From positions 3,086,143-3,150,142 of the forward strand of contig JADJPE010000005.1 in NCBI GenBank assembly GCA_016713425.1: a stretch of DNA of 64,000 nt, read 5' to 3'. Of the stretch, positions 51,530 through 63,200 are shown one piece after another. The position numbers were made by a program, and so were the translations under genes. The notes under the pieces were generated by a model. It had not been told where the DNA came from. It saw nothing but the letters and a program-made list of their open reading frames with translations, and ran no database searches. Each line of letters starts with the position of its first letter. Within the stretch, counting starts at the first letter, position 1. This DNA comes from Deltaproteobacteria bacterium. Its GTDB lineage: Bacteria > Myxococcota > Kuafuiibacteriia > Kuafuiibacteriales > Kuafuiibacteriaceae.

Positions 51530-53637
51530 TCATAATCCCATGCTCGACCGGAACTCGGGAAGGTCCGCGAAGTGTCTAGCCAGATCTCGTCGGCCCACCG
51601 CGTTCAGATTGAGAAGGCGCACCCAGTACGCATGCCCACCGGCGTCGGGAACTCGCTCCAACAAGAGCTGATACATCAGAGAAACGAGCCTGTCGGCGGG
51701 CATCGTGTCGATGGGATGGCGGGAAGTGAACTCGAGTTGCAACGTGAGAACCTGCGCCAGCTCACTGATGCTACCTCCACGATCAAGGTATGCGCTCCAA
51801 TACTGCTTCCCGCCCGGATCTGCCGCGCGACCAAAGAGCTTCAGGTACATCAGCTCCACGCGATCGCCGTTGCTCTTCGGGGGCTGAAGGTTGTGCACAT
51901 TCTGATACAAGCCGGGATTCGGCGCGCTCTCGAGCGCGATCCCTGTTTCAGGGAGCGGGAAGCCGGGCGTTAGCGACAGAACTGCCTTGTAGCTCCAAGT
52001 CCCGTACACGAAGTCGAGTCGATCGCTCATGTTCTTTCCGCGGATGCTCGCGAAGGATCGCGGAGACACGACAATGGGCTCATTCCAAAGCCAGAACGAG
52101 CTTTCGCCGTTGGGGTTGGTGAGATAGTTCGCCCATCCACCGCTGCTTCGAACGGTGTTCTCGAAGACCTGCATGGGTCCGGTTGCGTGATCGAGCGCGA
52201 TGCCTACGATGGCATTGCTGACCGCGTTTCCGGAAATGACGCCTCCGAATGCGGGCGTGTCTCCGCCGAGATCCTCCCAGCCCGATACGACCTGCGTTCC
52301 GACCAGAATCCCAAAGTTGCATAGGCGCTTTCGGGAGCAGTCGATCGAGTTGCCCCGGACCCGCGTCCCGGTGAAGTTCCCGCTCGTCGAGTTCTCCCCA
52401 GGCCAAGCCTGCAACATGATCTCGGCTGACGCCGCGCCATCGATCAATGACTCGGAATGCCGGAACCGGTTGTTCTCGATGATGCAATTCCTGCAGCCTC
52501 CGAAGATGAGTTGAACATCTGAGTTGTCGATGAAGTAGTTGTTGATGATCGTTAGGTTCGAAACATCGCCGACCGTGATTCCGTCAGCCTGCCACATCCC
52601 GTGACGTCCGTTTCGGATGATGTTGTTGCGCTCGACACGGACGTTCGAGGCCCCGATGGTGAAGCCGGAAGCATGGACCGCCTCCTTGATCGTACTGTTT
52701 CGAATCGTGGTGTTTTCGGCATTGGCGGCGAGCAGATACATCGTCACGTGGGGTCGATCTCCGACGGCGCGCGCACGATTCACGTGGTTCCCATGAATCG
52801 AGATCCCATCCAGCACGACGTTGGGCGAGTTGATCTCAACAAGCCAGGAGCCTGGCGTTTTTGGCGCCGGGTACAGCTTGTAGAAGCTGTCTGCAGCGAA
52901 GAGCTCCGCGCATCCCCACCCGCTTGCAGAGCATCGGTCGGTCTTGTTGAGCGTCTTGATCGTGAGAGACGATGGCGGCTGGACCGCGAGCGTCGACGCC
53001 AACGTATAGCGGCCACTTGGCAACGCAAGCTCCCGCCGATCACGGGCCCACCCGATGCATTCATCCCGCAAGAACGCCGCAGCATCGATGCCGGAGTTTC
53101 GGAAATGCTCAAGTCCCTGAGAAGAGCAGCCCGTCAAGAGCTCCCGAGGCAGACGCTGTTGGAACTCCGGCGCCAGCGTGAAGCCTTCAGCCAGCTTCAC
53201 TGCCCGGTCGTCGCCGCTTTCGTAGTCACGAAGCGCGTTCGTCCAGTAGCTCATTCCCCCGGAATCAGGGCTTCGACCTACGAATACCAGATATGCACCT
53301 TCGATCTGGGTGCTCAACTCAGACGCCGCGTATCGACTGCGGAAGAGCTCAATCGCCAGGCCTCGTCGAGTGCCGGTGTACCGCCTAAGTCGATCACTGT
53401 GCGCAGCGACCAAAGATGGGCTGGGTGCTCGGTTCCCGGCGATCGAACAGAACAGATATCGAACCACATCATCGGTCCCCGAACTCGAGATCGTACACGT
53501 ATCCGCCGTGGCGGCGGACGCTGCCAGGGCTGCTTCGGGATCCTCTGGAGCTCCGGAGCACCCAAAGAAAACCAGACAAGCAGCCGAGAGCAGCAATGCT
53601 TGCCACGGTGAAGATGGTTTTCCTGCGTTGATTGACA
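51530..53637 (-). CDS. Secreted lipoprotein with DUF4214-like segments flanking a parallel beta-helix
   Basis: Probable start MSINAGK (53637) with signal/lipobox-like LVFFGC; YLVFVGRSPDSGGMSYW and YLKLFGRAADPGGKQYW; NxTIxN beta-helix rungs. Confidence 0.6.
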
Positions 53638-54022
53638 TGACGCGGCGTTCAGCAACGGGTTTGTCGTCTAGCGAAGCCGCTCCACCAGGTCCCCGTGGCC
53701 AGCCTCTGTCATGGTCGGAGGACAGTGGCCCTGAAGGTGATCGAGGTCTGTTGGGGCCTGAAGACGGACAGACGACGCGTATGCTTGAAGAACCGCTCAA
53801 GCAAGCGCCCTGCTGACTCCTTCTCTGTCTTCGATTCGATGGCGTCTCGGACTTCTTCATTTAGATGCTCCTCTCCTGGCGGACGACAGGTATCGTGCCG
53901 TCGTTCTGGCTCCACACACTACGATCGCCATGATCCGTCCCGCTAGTGTGGCGACGTGTCGGCACGTCTCCCGTCGCAAGAACCGATCGACAGGACGATC
54001 ACACACTCGTGCTCAGCGACAA

Positions 54023-54101
54023 GGCCGATAGGGCAATCAGTGCGCCAGGCGAAGCCTGGGAGAAGGGGATGCAGATGACAGGCTGAAACTTCTCGTCGGA
54101 C
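54023..54101 (+). mobile_element. Inverted IS91-like terminal 17 bp followed by ~62 bp matching the putative group II intron 5' end
   Basis: ggccgatagggcaatca + gtgcgccaggcgaagcctggg... matches the minus strand of 35586..35665, then diverges. Confidence 0.4.
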
Positions 54102-54383
54102 CACCTTGGCGCAACTGGCGAATACAGCCACCGCTTCAAGGGCGAAGACGGTGCCTCTTTCGGGCTGCAAGCAGGCGTGGTCGTTCCAGTGATACTTCTC
54201 TTTCGCGATCTCGGGTTGGGCCGCATCCATTGATGGACATTATTGTGCAACCGTTGGGAAGAGTGTGCTCATGGACAGCATCGATTCAACCTGGTTTTCG
54301 AAGCATTTGCGGGGACGAGAAGAGCTTGCCGACCTGACTGTCGTCGAGATCACCCTCGACCGTGTACGGTCCTTGTTGGCCGG

Positions 54384-56255
54384 CATGCACACGCAGCCGA
54401 TGATGTCGGCGCTGTCCCTTCGCACCGAAGCCGTCTGGCAGCGGGCGATCGATGAAGCGCGCGGGGCGTACCGGTGCCGAGCACTTCCGCAACCCGGACG
54501 ATGACCTACGCGGCGGCATCGAGCTCGTTGGGGACGAAACCACGCTTGCGAGTCGCAGCCAACGTGGGCATGAGCTTGTCCGTCAGCGCAGCGAGGAAGT
54601 CCGAAATTCGACGAAGACACGAACAAACGAGCGCCATTGCCGAGGCCTTCCGTGACGGCATGAAACGAGCTCATGGCGCGTTGTGTGCGCGCAAGCGGTT
54701 TCGGAATACAAACCACGAAAACCGGAGTCGGGAATCCTGCATCGCCTCGTCTCGACCCACTTTGACGAGTTTGTCGAAAGCTTTGAGGACCCCGATTGCC
54801 CTGAGTCCGGGTTGCCGACATTCGTCCGTAAAGAATTCGAAGGATTCCTCGACTGCGGGATCTTGGAACGCGGTTTCGTCCTTCTCTTCTGCGACCGATG
54901 CCAGCGTGAGCATGCTCTGGCCTTTTCGTGCAAGGGGCGGGCGATTTGTCCGAGCTGCGGTGCACGACGGATGCAGGAGACGGCGGCCCATCTCGTCGAT
55001 GGCGTGCTGCCCGATGTCGCGCTGCGGCAATACGTGCTGAGCCCGCCGTTCGAACTGCGCGGTCTTCTCGCGTGCAAACGACAGGTCTTGGCGAAGATGG
55101 TGAGCTTCTTCGTTCGGGCGATCTTTGAGCAACTGACCGGCTGGGCTCGATGCCAGGATCTCCCAGAACCGAAATGCGGCGCCGTCACCTTCATTCAGCG
55201 ATTCACGAAGACCCTGAACATCTCACCCCATCTTCACGTGCTCGTTCTCGACGGAGTCTTCGCGAACGAAGAAGAGGGTCCCCGATTCGTCGAATGCCCA
55301 GCCCCAACGAATCGAGACCTTCTCTCGTTGGCTCAAAGCGTTTTCAAGAAGATGGAGAAATTTCTCGCGAAGAGCGGATATCTCCGAAGCGAGTCGGACG
55401 CTCTTGAGGAAGCATCGCTGACACCATTGGAGCGCTGGTATGTGCGCGGCCTCGCGGAGCCATCGATGCTCTCGCCAAGTCGCATCGTGGACGTCAAGTC
55501 CACGGCAAGCAAGGCTCTGCCTATATGCGGCCCGTCCGCCCTTCGCCGAAGATCAACTTCGCATGACTGATGATGGCCGAGTTCTGCTGACGCTTCGTCG
55601 TCCAGCGAAGAACCGCCAGGGTGCGATCGTTCTATCACCGGTTCAGTTTCTGAGACGCCTCGCGTGGCTCGTTCCTCCCCCGGCGCAGCATCAGGTTCGC
55701 TACGCGGGCGTTCTGGCCTCGGCCTCGAAAGTGCGGCGCACGATTGTGCCAAGGCCCGCACCGGCTCTTCAGCTCCCCTTCCCGATCGAGAACATGAGGC
55801 CCCGGGTTCAGAAACGTCGCATGTCGTGGGCCAAACTGTTTGCCCGCGTCTATTCGATTGATGGAGAGCGCTGCTTGTCGTGTGGCGGCCCGCTTAGGGC
55901 GATCGGTGCGGTGACTGAATCGAGTCACGTCGCAGAGACTCTCGGTCGGATGCGACGGCCGCGATGCGCTCGAGATCCCCCTCAGCTCACCCTCGATCTC
56001 TGATCGACTCCACAAACCAACCGAAGGGCCCAAGCTCCGGGGCTCGGCGCTTCTTGTCCGCGCGGTCGCACGGCTCGTCCGCTGGGGGAGAGGTACGTCT
56101 GAACGCTGCCCGCAGGCTACGGAACTCAACGGCAGTCACGTCTTGTGCCGTTCCAAACCGGCCAGGACTGCGCGCAACATGCGACGCGTCGCACACCTGC
56201 GTCGGTTCTCCGACTGCTCCGGGCATGGTCGAAGCCGATTGATTGCCCTATCGGC
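54384..56255 (+). mobile_element. IS91-like element, copy K; divergent subfamily with internal deletions
   Basis: Same left boundary as copy H; ~65-bp internal deletion near 55510 and the 20-bp terminal-region deletion; ORFs 54683..55570 and 55440..56003. Confidence 0.6.
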
Positions 56256-56499
56256 TGGAGCGCTCCCCAAAAACGGCCCACCCGTGCTCTCGAGAAGCAG
56301 TCCACCCGACGCTGTGGAGGGTGTGCGACGAGATGCTGGCTGAGGTCGCCGCCGTCTGATAGTCGAAATGAGCGGGGCAGAAGTTGGGGTCGGAGGTAGA
56401 AGCTCCGAGCCCCTGTGTCTCCACAAGGCCGTGGGCGACGTATCGTCGTCGCATAGAGGGGCCTCGTAGTCCAGCTTCCCCTTTGCCCCGCCCAAGGCC

Positions 56500-56859
56500 G
56501 TGTCGATCAGGATCTGGGCAATCAAGTGTTTGGATTGTGGGCGTAGGTTCTTGCTGTGTCGTGGATGCTTCCACGGTCAGCGATACTGCTCAGGTGAATG
56601 CCGCTCGCGATCTCGTCGCCGGCAGTGCCGCGAAGCGCAGGCTCGGTATCTCGCGAAGCGCAAGGGCCGGGTTCGAAGAGCCGCGGCGTCAGCCGCGTAC
56701 CGCGGGCGCGTCCAAGATCTCGGCGAATCTCGAGGGGAGAAGTTGATTCGTCATAGATCAGGGTGTCGGAGCCTGCCGCGTTTCGAGGCACAAGTTCTCC
56801 CGTCTACGGCCTGCTGCGAGCGGTGCGGTGGTTATGGCCCCGTACGTGAGTGGCACTGA
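56500..56859 (+). CDS. Cys-rich zinc-ribbon-like protein
   Basis: GTG start; CLDCG...CRGC...CSGEC...CCERCGG; ends 19 nt before the ParB-like gene. Confidence 0.35.
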   Translation: MSIRIWAIKCLDCGRRFLLCRGCFHGQRYCSGECRSRSRRRQCREAQARYLAKRKGRVRRAAASAAYRGRVQDLGESRGEKLIRHRSGCRSLPRFEAQVLPSTACCERCGGYGPVREWH

Positions 56860-56877
56860 CGCAAGAGCGGGTGTGCG

Positions 56878-57825
56878 ATGGAGTTGGAGATCGGTCAGCT
56901 TGAGCTTCGCTACGAGAAGCTACGGCGGAGGAACGCGCGCAAGGAACGGCAACTGGTCGGCTCACTCGCGGAGAAGGGGCAGCTTCTGCCTGTCGTGGTG
57001 GTGCGTGGCGACGACGCCAGGCATGTACTCGTTGATGGCTACAAACGCGTTCGAGCGCTGAAGTCGTTGCGGCATGACTTGGTGCGCGCAACCCTATGGG
57101 AGCTGGGCGAGCTTGAGGCTGTGTTGCTCGAGCGGCTAATGCGGACGAGCGAATCGGACGGTGCTCTTGAGCAAGGCTGGCTCCTGGAGGACCTCAACGA
57201 GCGCTTTGGTCTCTCCCTCGCCGAACTGTCGCGGTGCTTCGACAAGAGCCAGAGCTGGGTGAGCCGCCGTTTGGCTCTGGTTCGAGCGTTGCCTCGGGAG
57301 GTTCAAGACCGGGTGCAAAGTGGGTCGCTCGGAGCGCATGCGGCGATGAAATACCTCGTGCCGATGGCGCGCGCCAAACGTTCGGATTGCTTGCGCCTCG
57401 TCAAGAGCCTCGCGGATGGCCGACCGAGCACGCGGGAGGTCGGTGCACTCTATGCAGCCTGGGTTTCGGGCAACGCGAAGACGCGCGAGCTCGTGGTGAC
57501 TCAGCCCTTCGTGGTTCTTCGATTGCGAGAGCAGGCAGCTCCCCTCGTCGATTCGGCTTCCGAGAAGAGGCTCTTCAGAAAGCTTGTTGATGACTTCGGT
57601 ATCCTCATCGGAACAAGCCGACGGGCTCGAACAAGACTCAAAGAGGGTGCGCTGTCTGGGCTGGTTCCGCCTGAGGCGTTGGACCTTCAGCATGCCACAC
57701 AGCAAGCGAAGTGGGAGTGCGAGTCGCTGTTTCGGTCAGCGCTCTCGCTTCTGATGCACCGCACCTCGCAGTCAAGCGTCGAAGGCGTCGAGAGCGCCAC
57801 TTTGGAGGCCATTGATGCTGGATGA
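56878..57825 (+). CDS. ParB/Srx N-terminal-domain protein
   Basis: LPVVVVRGDDARHVLVDGYKRVRALKSL matches the ParB-like nuclease-domain core; 3' end overlaps istA by 14 nt. Confidence 0.55.
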   Translation: MELEIGQLELRYEKLRRRNARKERQLVGSLAEKGQLLPVVVVRGDDARHVLVDGYKRVRALKSLRHDLVRATLWELGELEAVLLERLMRTSESDGALEQGWLLEDLNERFGLSLAELSRCFDKSQSWVSRRLALVRALPREVQDRVQSGSLGAHAAMKYLVPMARAKRSDCLRLVKSLADGRPSTREVGALYAAWVSGNAKTRELVVTQPFVVLRLREQAAPLVDSASEKRLFRKLVDDFGILIGTSRRARTRLKEGALSGLVPPEALDLQHATQQAKWECESLFRSALSLLMHRTSQSSVEGVESATLEAIDAG

Positions 57826-59245
57826 GCATCAACGAATCGCCATCCTCGAGCTCGCGAAGAAGGGGTTCGGTAGTCGCCGTATCGCCCGCGCGCTCAATCT
57901 CTCGCGAAGCGCTGTGCGATCCGTGGTGGAGAGCGGAACGGCTCCGCCGCCCAGGATTGTTCGGCCAGAGAAGGCGGCCGAGTATCATGACGCCATCGTT
58001 GAGCTGCACGTACGCTGCAAGGGCAACTTGGTTAGGGTCCATGAAGAGCTGGAGAAGAAGGGCGCCAAGCTCTCCTACCAGGCACTCACGGCGTTCTGCC
58101 GCCGGCACGAGATCGGCCACACCCCAAAGCGCCCATCCGGACGCTATGAGTTTGCGCCCGGCGAAGAGATGCAACATGACACCTCGCCACACCAAGCCCA
58201 AATAGGCGGGCGATTGCGCAAGGTGCAGATCGCCTCGCTCGTGATGTGCTACTCGCGGATGCTCTTCGTTCAGATCTACCCCTGCTTCACCCGCTTCGAG
58301 TGCAAGGTCTTCCTCACCGACGCGCTTGAGTACTTCGGCGGAGCGGCGGGGCGATGTATGATCGACAACACCAACGTCGTTCGACTCAAGGGCACGGGCA
58401 AAGAGATGGTGCCTGTGCCCGAAATGTCCGCGTTCGGTGAGCGATTCGGGTTCGTCTTCGTGGCGCACGAGGTTGGCGATGCCAATCGCTCGGCACGGGT
58501 CGAGAACCCGTTCAAATGGGTGCAGAGGAATTTCCTCGTCGGGCGGGAGTTCTCCGATTGGGACGACGTCAACATGCAGGCGCGGTCCTGGTGCGAGGAG
58601 AAGAACGCCGCGCGAAGCCCGAAACTTCACGCTACGCGCCGAGAGCTGTTTGCCGCCGAACGGCCGCGTCTCAAGGCCCTGCCGATCTTCATACCCGAGG
58701 TCTATGTCCTGCATCAGCGGTTCGTCGATGCCGAGGGCTACGTCAGCGTTCGGCGTAACCGCTACTCGGTTCCCTACAAGCTCATCGGAAGGCAAATGGA
58801 GGTGCGCGAGAGTAAGCAACGCATCGACATCTTCGAGGGTCCGCGCCAGGTGGCAACGCATAAGCGTGTCGTCGATCCGCTCGACGTGCGCGTAACCAAG
58901 CCCGAACATCGTCCGCTCCGAGGCGAGGGTCGACGCAAAACCGAACCACCGGCAGAGCAAGCGGAGCTGTTGGCGACAGCTCCCGAACTGGCGAACTACG
59001 TGGCTGCGCTCAAGCAACGCGCTTACGGGCGTGGCGTGAAGGTGCTTCGATGCCTGCTACGCATGGTTCGTGAGTATCCCCGCGAGGCCTTGATGCCTGC
59101 CCTGCAAACCGCCGAAGCCTACGGTCTATACGACCTCGACCGCGTCGAGCGGATGATTCTGCGCCAGATAGCACGCGATTACTTCATTCTGTCCGACCCG
59201 GACGACGAGGACTACCCACCCGTCGAGGAGAACCAAGATGAATGA
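57812..59245 (+). CDS. istA: IS21-family transposase IstA
   Basis: N-terminal HTH, DDE core, typical length (477 aa). Confidence 0.85.
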   Translation: MMLDEHQRIAILELAKKGFGSRRIARALNLSRSAVRSVVESGTAPPPRIVRPEKAAEYHDAIVELHVRCKGNLVRVHEELEKKGAKLSYQALTAFCRRHEIGHTPKRPSGRYEFAPGEEMQHDTSPHQAQIGGRLRKVQIASLVMCYSRMLFVQIYPCFTRFECKVFLTDALEYFGGAAGRCMIDNTNVVRLKGTGKEMVPVPEMSAFGERFGFVFVAHEVGDANRSARVENPFKWVQRNFLVGREFSDWDDVNMQARSWCEEKNAARSPKLHATRRELFAAERPRLKALPIFIPEVYVLHQRFVDAEGYVSVRRNRYSVPYKLIGRQMEVRESKQRIDIFEGPRQVATHKRVVDPLDVRVTKPEHRPLRGEGRRKTEPPAEQAELLATAPELANYVAALKQRAYGRGVKVLRCLLRMVREYPREALMPALQTAEAYGLYDLDRVERMILRQIARDYFILSDPDDEDYPPVEENQDE

Positions 59246-59963
59246 CGATCTCTCTCAGCTTTTTAGCTGCTTGAAGCTGAACAAGATTGCCGAGATCTTC
59301 GACGATGAGCTCGCGAAAGCCGACAAGCAACATACTCCATTCAGTAAACTCTTCGCGCGCCTCTTGCGTGCCGAATGGCACGCACGGCAGGAAAGCGCGC
59401 TTGCGTGGAGAATCAAGAGGGCTTCTCTGCCGGAGCCGTGGACGCTCGAGAGCTTCCCATGGAAGAAGCAACCCAGCGTACCGCAACGCAAGCTCCGCGA
59501 ACTCGCCGAGCTCGAATTCATCGGACGCGCAGAGAACATCGTGTTCATCGGACCAACTGCTGTTGGCAAAAGCGGTCTCGCGATGGGCTTGCTGCTCAAG
59601 GCTCTGCAGAACGGCTATCGCGGGGTCTTCATGCCGGCCCAGGACCTCTTCGATGAAATGTACTCGTCGCTCGCGGACCGTTCTACCCCGCGGCTGCTCA
59701 ACCGCCTCGCTCGCCTCGACGTCTTGGTGATCGACGAAATGGGCTATCTCAACCTGAGGCCCGAGCAGAGCAACATCTTCTTCAAGTTGATGCACCTTCG
59801 GTATCGGCGGCGACCGACGATCATCACGACGAATCTCGACTACCCCGAGTGGGCCTCCTTCCTCGGAAATCCCAAGATGGTAGAGGCCTTGCTCAGCCGT
59901 GTGCGACACCAGTGTCACACGATCAAGATCGACGGTCCGCCCCTGCGTGAGCCTCAGAGCTGA
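59238..59963 (+). CDS. istB: IS21-family helper ATPase IstB
   Basis: Walker A GPTAVGKSGLA and Walker B VLVIDEMGYL; 8-nt overlap with istA. Confidence 0.85.
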   Translation: MNDDLSQLFSCLKLNKIAEIFDDELAKADKQHTPFSKLFARLLRAEWHARQESALAWRIKRASLPEPWTLESFPWKKQPSVPQRKLRELAELEFIGRAENIVFIGPTAVGKSGLAMGLLLKALQNGYRGVFMPAQDLFDEMYSSLADRSTPRLLNRLARLDVLVIDEMGYLNLRPEQSNIFFKLMHLRYRRRPTIITTNLDYPEWASFLGNPKMVEALLSRVRHQCHTIKIDGPPLREPQS

Positions 59964-60223
59964 GAATCTAACCTTACCCTCTCCGTGCGCTGTCAGTCCC
60001 TCGACGCTCTTGCCTCCTCCCGCACGTTCACAACTCCGTTCTCGATGTGGACTGGTTCTGCAGAGCAGAAGTGGACTGCTTTTCATGAGCGCCACAGCTA
60101 TCGGCCCTCTGAGATTGGCTCTGTTTACCTCGCTGAGCTCCGGCGTTCAGTTTCGGTTCTGGTTTTCATTCAGAATCTAGTTTTCGATTGTCAATCTAGC
60201 CCTGATCTCTAGAAGAGGGGCCC

Positions 60224-63200
60224 ATGTCTTCCGCGCGACGACGGGCCAGATCGCTCCGCGATCTGCTTAGACCACGCGTGACATTCCTTGCCTCGTGCCT
60301 GATCCTGAGCACGAGCTCGGTCGGCTGCGGCGACCCGGACGACGCAACGGAAGACACGGCGTCGCAGGCCGCCACCACAAGCCGTGAAACGGCAACGCAA
60401 GAAGACGATGCCGAGGCCAGCGAAGAGAACGCACGCGCAGGAAGGCCGCCATTTCGTCCGCGTCCTTCGTTCCCGGCCGCGCTTGGCGATGCTTGCGCCT
60501 TCCCGCCTGTCTCACCCCCGCCGCAAGAGAACGTCGGGGCAACGGTCGGTGAAGCGAGCGTTTCGGGTGGAACGGCGTCCTACCGTATTCCGATCGTGGC
60601 CCCCCCCGGGCGCAGAAGCGTCGCACCACAGATCGCGCTGTCGTACTCGAGTGGGACGGCCCTACGAGGTGGCGGTGAGGCTGGCGTAGGCTGGTCGGTG
60701 GGTGGACTTTCCGTCATCACCCGGTGTCCACAAACGGTCGCGACCGACGGCCGGCTTCACGCGGTCGACTACAGCCTCGAGGATCGGCTGTGTCTCGATG
60801 GACAGAGATTGATGCTTGTCAAAGGGGTCTACGGGCGATCGGGGTCCGAGTATCGAACGGAGATCGAAAGCTTCAATCGCATCATCCTGCACGGAAATAT
60901 CTCGAAGGTCGCCGTAGCCGAGAAGCTCGAGCCCTCGTTCATCGAGGTCCAATCCAAAGATGGACGAACGTCGTACTACGGCGGTGCTTGGGTAGGTGAT
61001 CGCGGCGCGCTTGAGTCTCTGTCGCCGCCCTTCACGCCGAGCGCGATGGGCGCGGCCATGCTCGAAGCCTGGAACGCCCCCCATGCGTGGTGGATCCGCT
61101 TGTCGCACGATCCTCAAGGCAACAGCATTGCCTACGACTACGTCAACCGAGACGGCGAGTTTCTGCCCGAGAAGATCGAGTACACCGGCATTCTGTCGCC
61201 CAGCGATCCGAAGTCTGAGCGGCGAGGCAACCGAAGAATTCGTTTCGAGTTCGAGCCTCGCCCCGACCCCGAGGTGCGGATGCGCGTCGTGCTCTCCGAT
61301 TTCACCATTATTCCCGACTCGCTCCCGCCCCCGAGTCTGTTTCCTTCGCTTCCGTTGGCTGAGACGCGCCGTCACCGGCTGAAGACGATCGTGAGCGAGG
61401 TCGCCCGGGATGTCGTGCGTCGCTACGAACTTGCGTATACCGAGAGCCGCGCAACCAAGCGCTCTCTTCTGTCGTCCGTCACGGAATGCGCAGGCACGCC
61501 GTGCACCGACGTCAATCGCTTGCCGCCGACTCGATTCACATACCAAGACGCGCCCGCCGGCTACGCGGAGGTCAGTCTGGCGGAAGGGGAAGACGTTTGG
61601 GTCTCTCTTTTGAGCGACTTCGACGGCGACGGAACGCGCGACACCGAACGCATGACCCGCGACTGCCACGTCCAAAGTCGCTGGACGGAGGACTACGTAC
61701 GGCTCTCCGGTGGTGGATCGATGAACGTGTTGAACGAGCCATGGAAGCAGTGGCTCGATCGCGCATGGAACGTCAGAAGCCGGTCTGACTTCGATCTGGA
61801 TGGCGCTTCCGATATCCTCGGGGTCGCCGATGGTCGCTTTGCCTTCGTGAGCCGAGGGCAAGTCAAAACCACGTCGCTCGAGCTTGATGATACGGACTTC
61901 TTGGTCGACGCCGCCGACTTCGACGGCAACGGTCAAACCGATTTGCTCATTGACCGTGGCTCCTCGGGCGTAGGCCGTCATCTTTCCGCGATTCTCCAAT
62001 GCACCGCGGCCGGTGCCGCGACGTTGAGCTTCTGCGACGAAGTCCCGGTCCCGCTGGGGTCTAATCCCGCTTCGCGCGTTTCGGTGCGCGTCATCGGGGA
62101 CGTCGATGGAAACGGACGTCCCGATTTGTTCGTCGACTGGGACGGTGTCGGAAGAAAGCCAAGCCACGAGACGCCGCCTGTGATCATCCGCCCGGCCATT
62201 GTCTTCGCGCTCCAAGACCTGACCAGCCCTGAACGGATAAGCCTTCGCTTCGAAGCCGCCCCGCTCTTCGAGCGAGGCGGTCCCGTGGCCTCGTTCAGAG
62301 AAGACGAGAATGGAGGTCTGGCCGATCTCAACGGCGACGGCCTGGTCGACATCTTCTCGTTCTCCAAGGTGGCGAACGACACGTACGCGCCGACGATCTG
62401 GATCAACAGCGGCGGCCTCTTTCGTCAGGCTCAGGTCACAGGCCTAACGCAGCTCGGCATCGAGAATCACCACGTAGGTTTGTTGTCGGCTTTCGACCAA
62501 GACGCCGATGGGCGCGCTGAGATCCTTATCCCGGGCGAACTCCGACTGCCCTGGTGCTATGAGGAAGCCTCGGGTGCGGAGCCCAAGGAGTACTGCGCGG
62601 GCTTCAGCGGAGCCCACAACATCACATTAAACGCCGTCGCCAGGGCGTCTGACCGCAGTATCTATCGTTGGGACGCGCTCGACTTCGTAGACGATGGCCA
62701 AGGCGGCTTCATCCTTGAGCGGCGTCCGACGCCCATCGAAGCACCACTCCAAGGGACCTCACCGGAAGACTTCTTTGGCGACGGTTTGACCGATCTCCGC
62801 ATCGAGCTTCGTCGAACCTTCCACATCGTAGCCCCGATTGATGGTGGCGGCGGTGGCGGAGGAGGTGGCAGTGGTGGAGGAGGTGGAAGCCATGATCGTG
62901 GCGTTTGCACCCCTTCGTATCCGGTCGGGTATTGGAGAGGCAATCCTGGCTATGGCGTGAAGGTTCTGAAGAACCGAGGCGTCGTGCCCGATCTCTTGAT
63001 TCAGAGCGATGATGGTCTCAGCGTCACGTCGACATGGAGCTATCGTTCGTTGTCGAGCCAAGGCGTTTCCTCGTGCTCAAACAAGCTGTACGAAAACCAT
63101 GGGCGTGCGGCGGTAGACCCCCATCATTTCCTGTTCACCTCGTCGATGAACGTCGTAGCGCGCTTTGAGTCGAGCAACGGACTCGGGGATCGAAACGGTC

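Larger units (their letters stand above)
56285..60085 (+). mobile_element. Putative IS21-family element carrying istA-istB plus two upstream passenger genes
   Basis: Boundaries inferred only from an inverted TG..AAGCAGTCCAC motif at 56285..56305 and 60071..60085, with a second cagtccac copy inside the right end. Confidence 0.3.

Noticed and set aside
7119-56255. Near-identical ~1-2 kb blocks recurring at intervals, which could suggest a CRISPR-like or tandem gene array
   Set aside because: The units are kilobase-sized and encode IS91-like and IS110 transposases; there are no short direct repeats with unique spacers.
54023-56255. Copy K as a full-length IS91-like element bounded by 17-bp terminal inverted repeats (ggccgatagggcaatca)
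   Set aside because: The inverted 17 bp is followed by GTGCGCC and, at the 35665 locus, by an RT-like ORF start, and copies H and K share a different left boundary (catgcacacgcag). An intron-in-IS-end reading fits better, but this is not decisively excluded.
60662-62215. 517-aa minus-strand ORF (and other minus-strand ORFs over 60196..63997)
   Set aside because: Antisense to the long SpvB/FG-GAP frame on the plus strand, which has a coherent domain structure.
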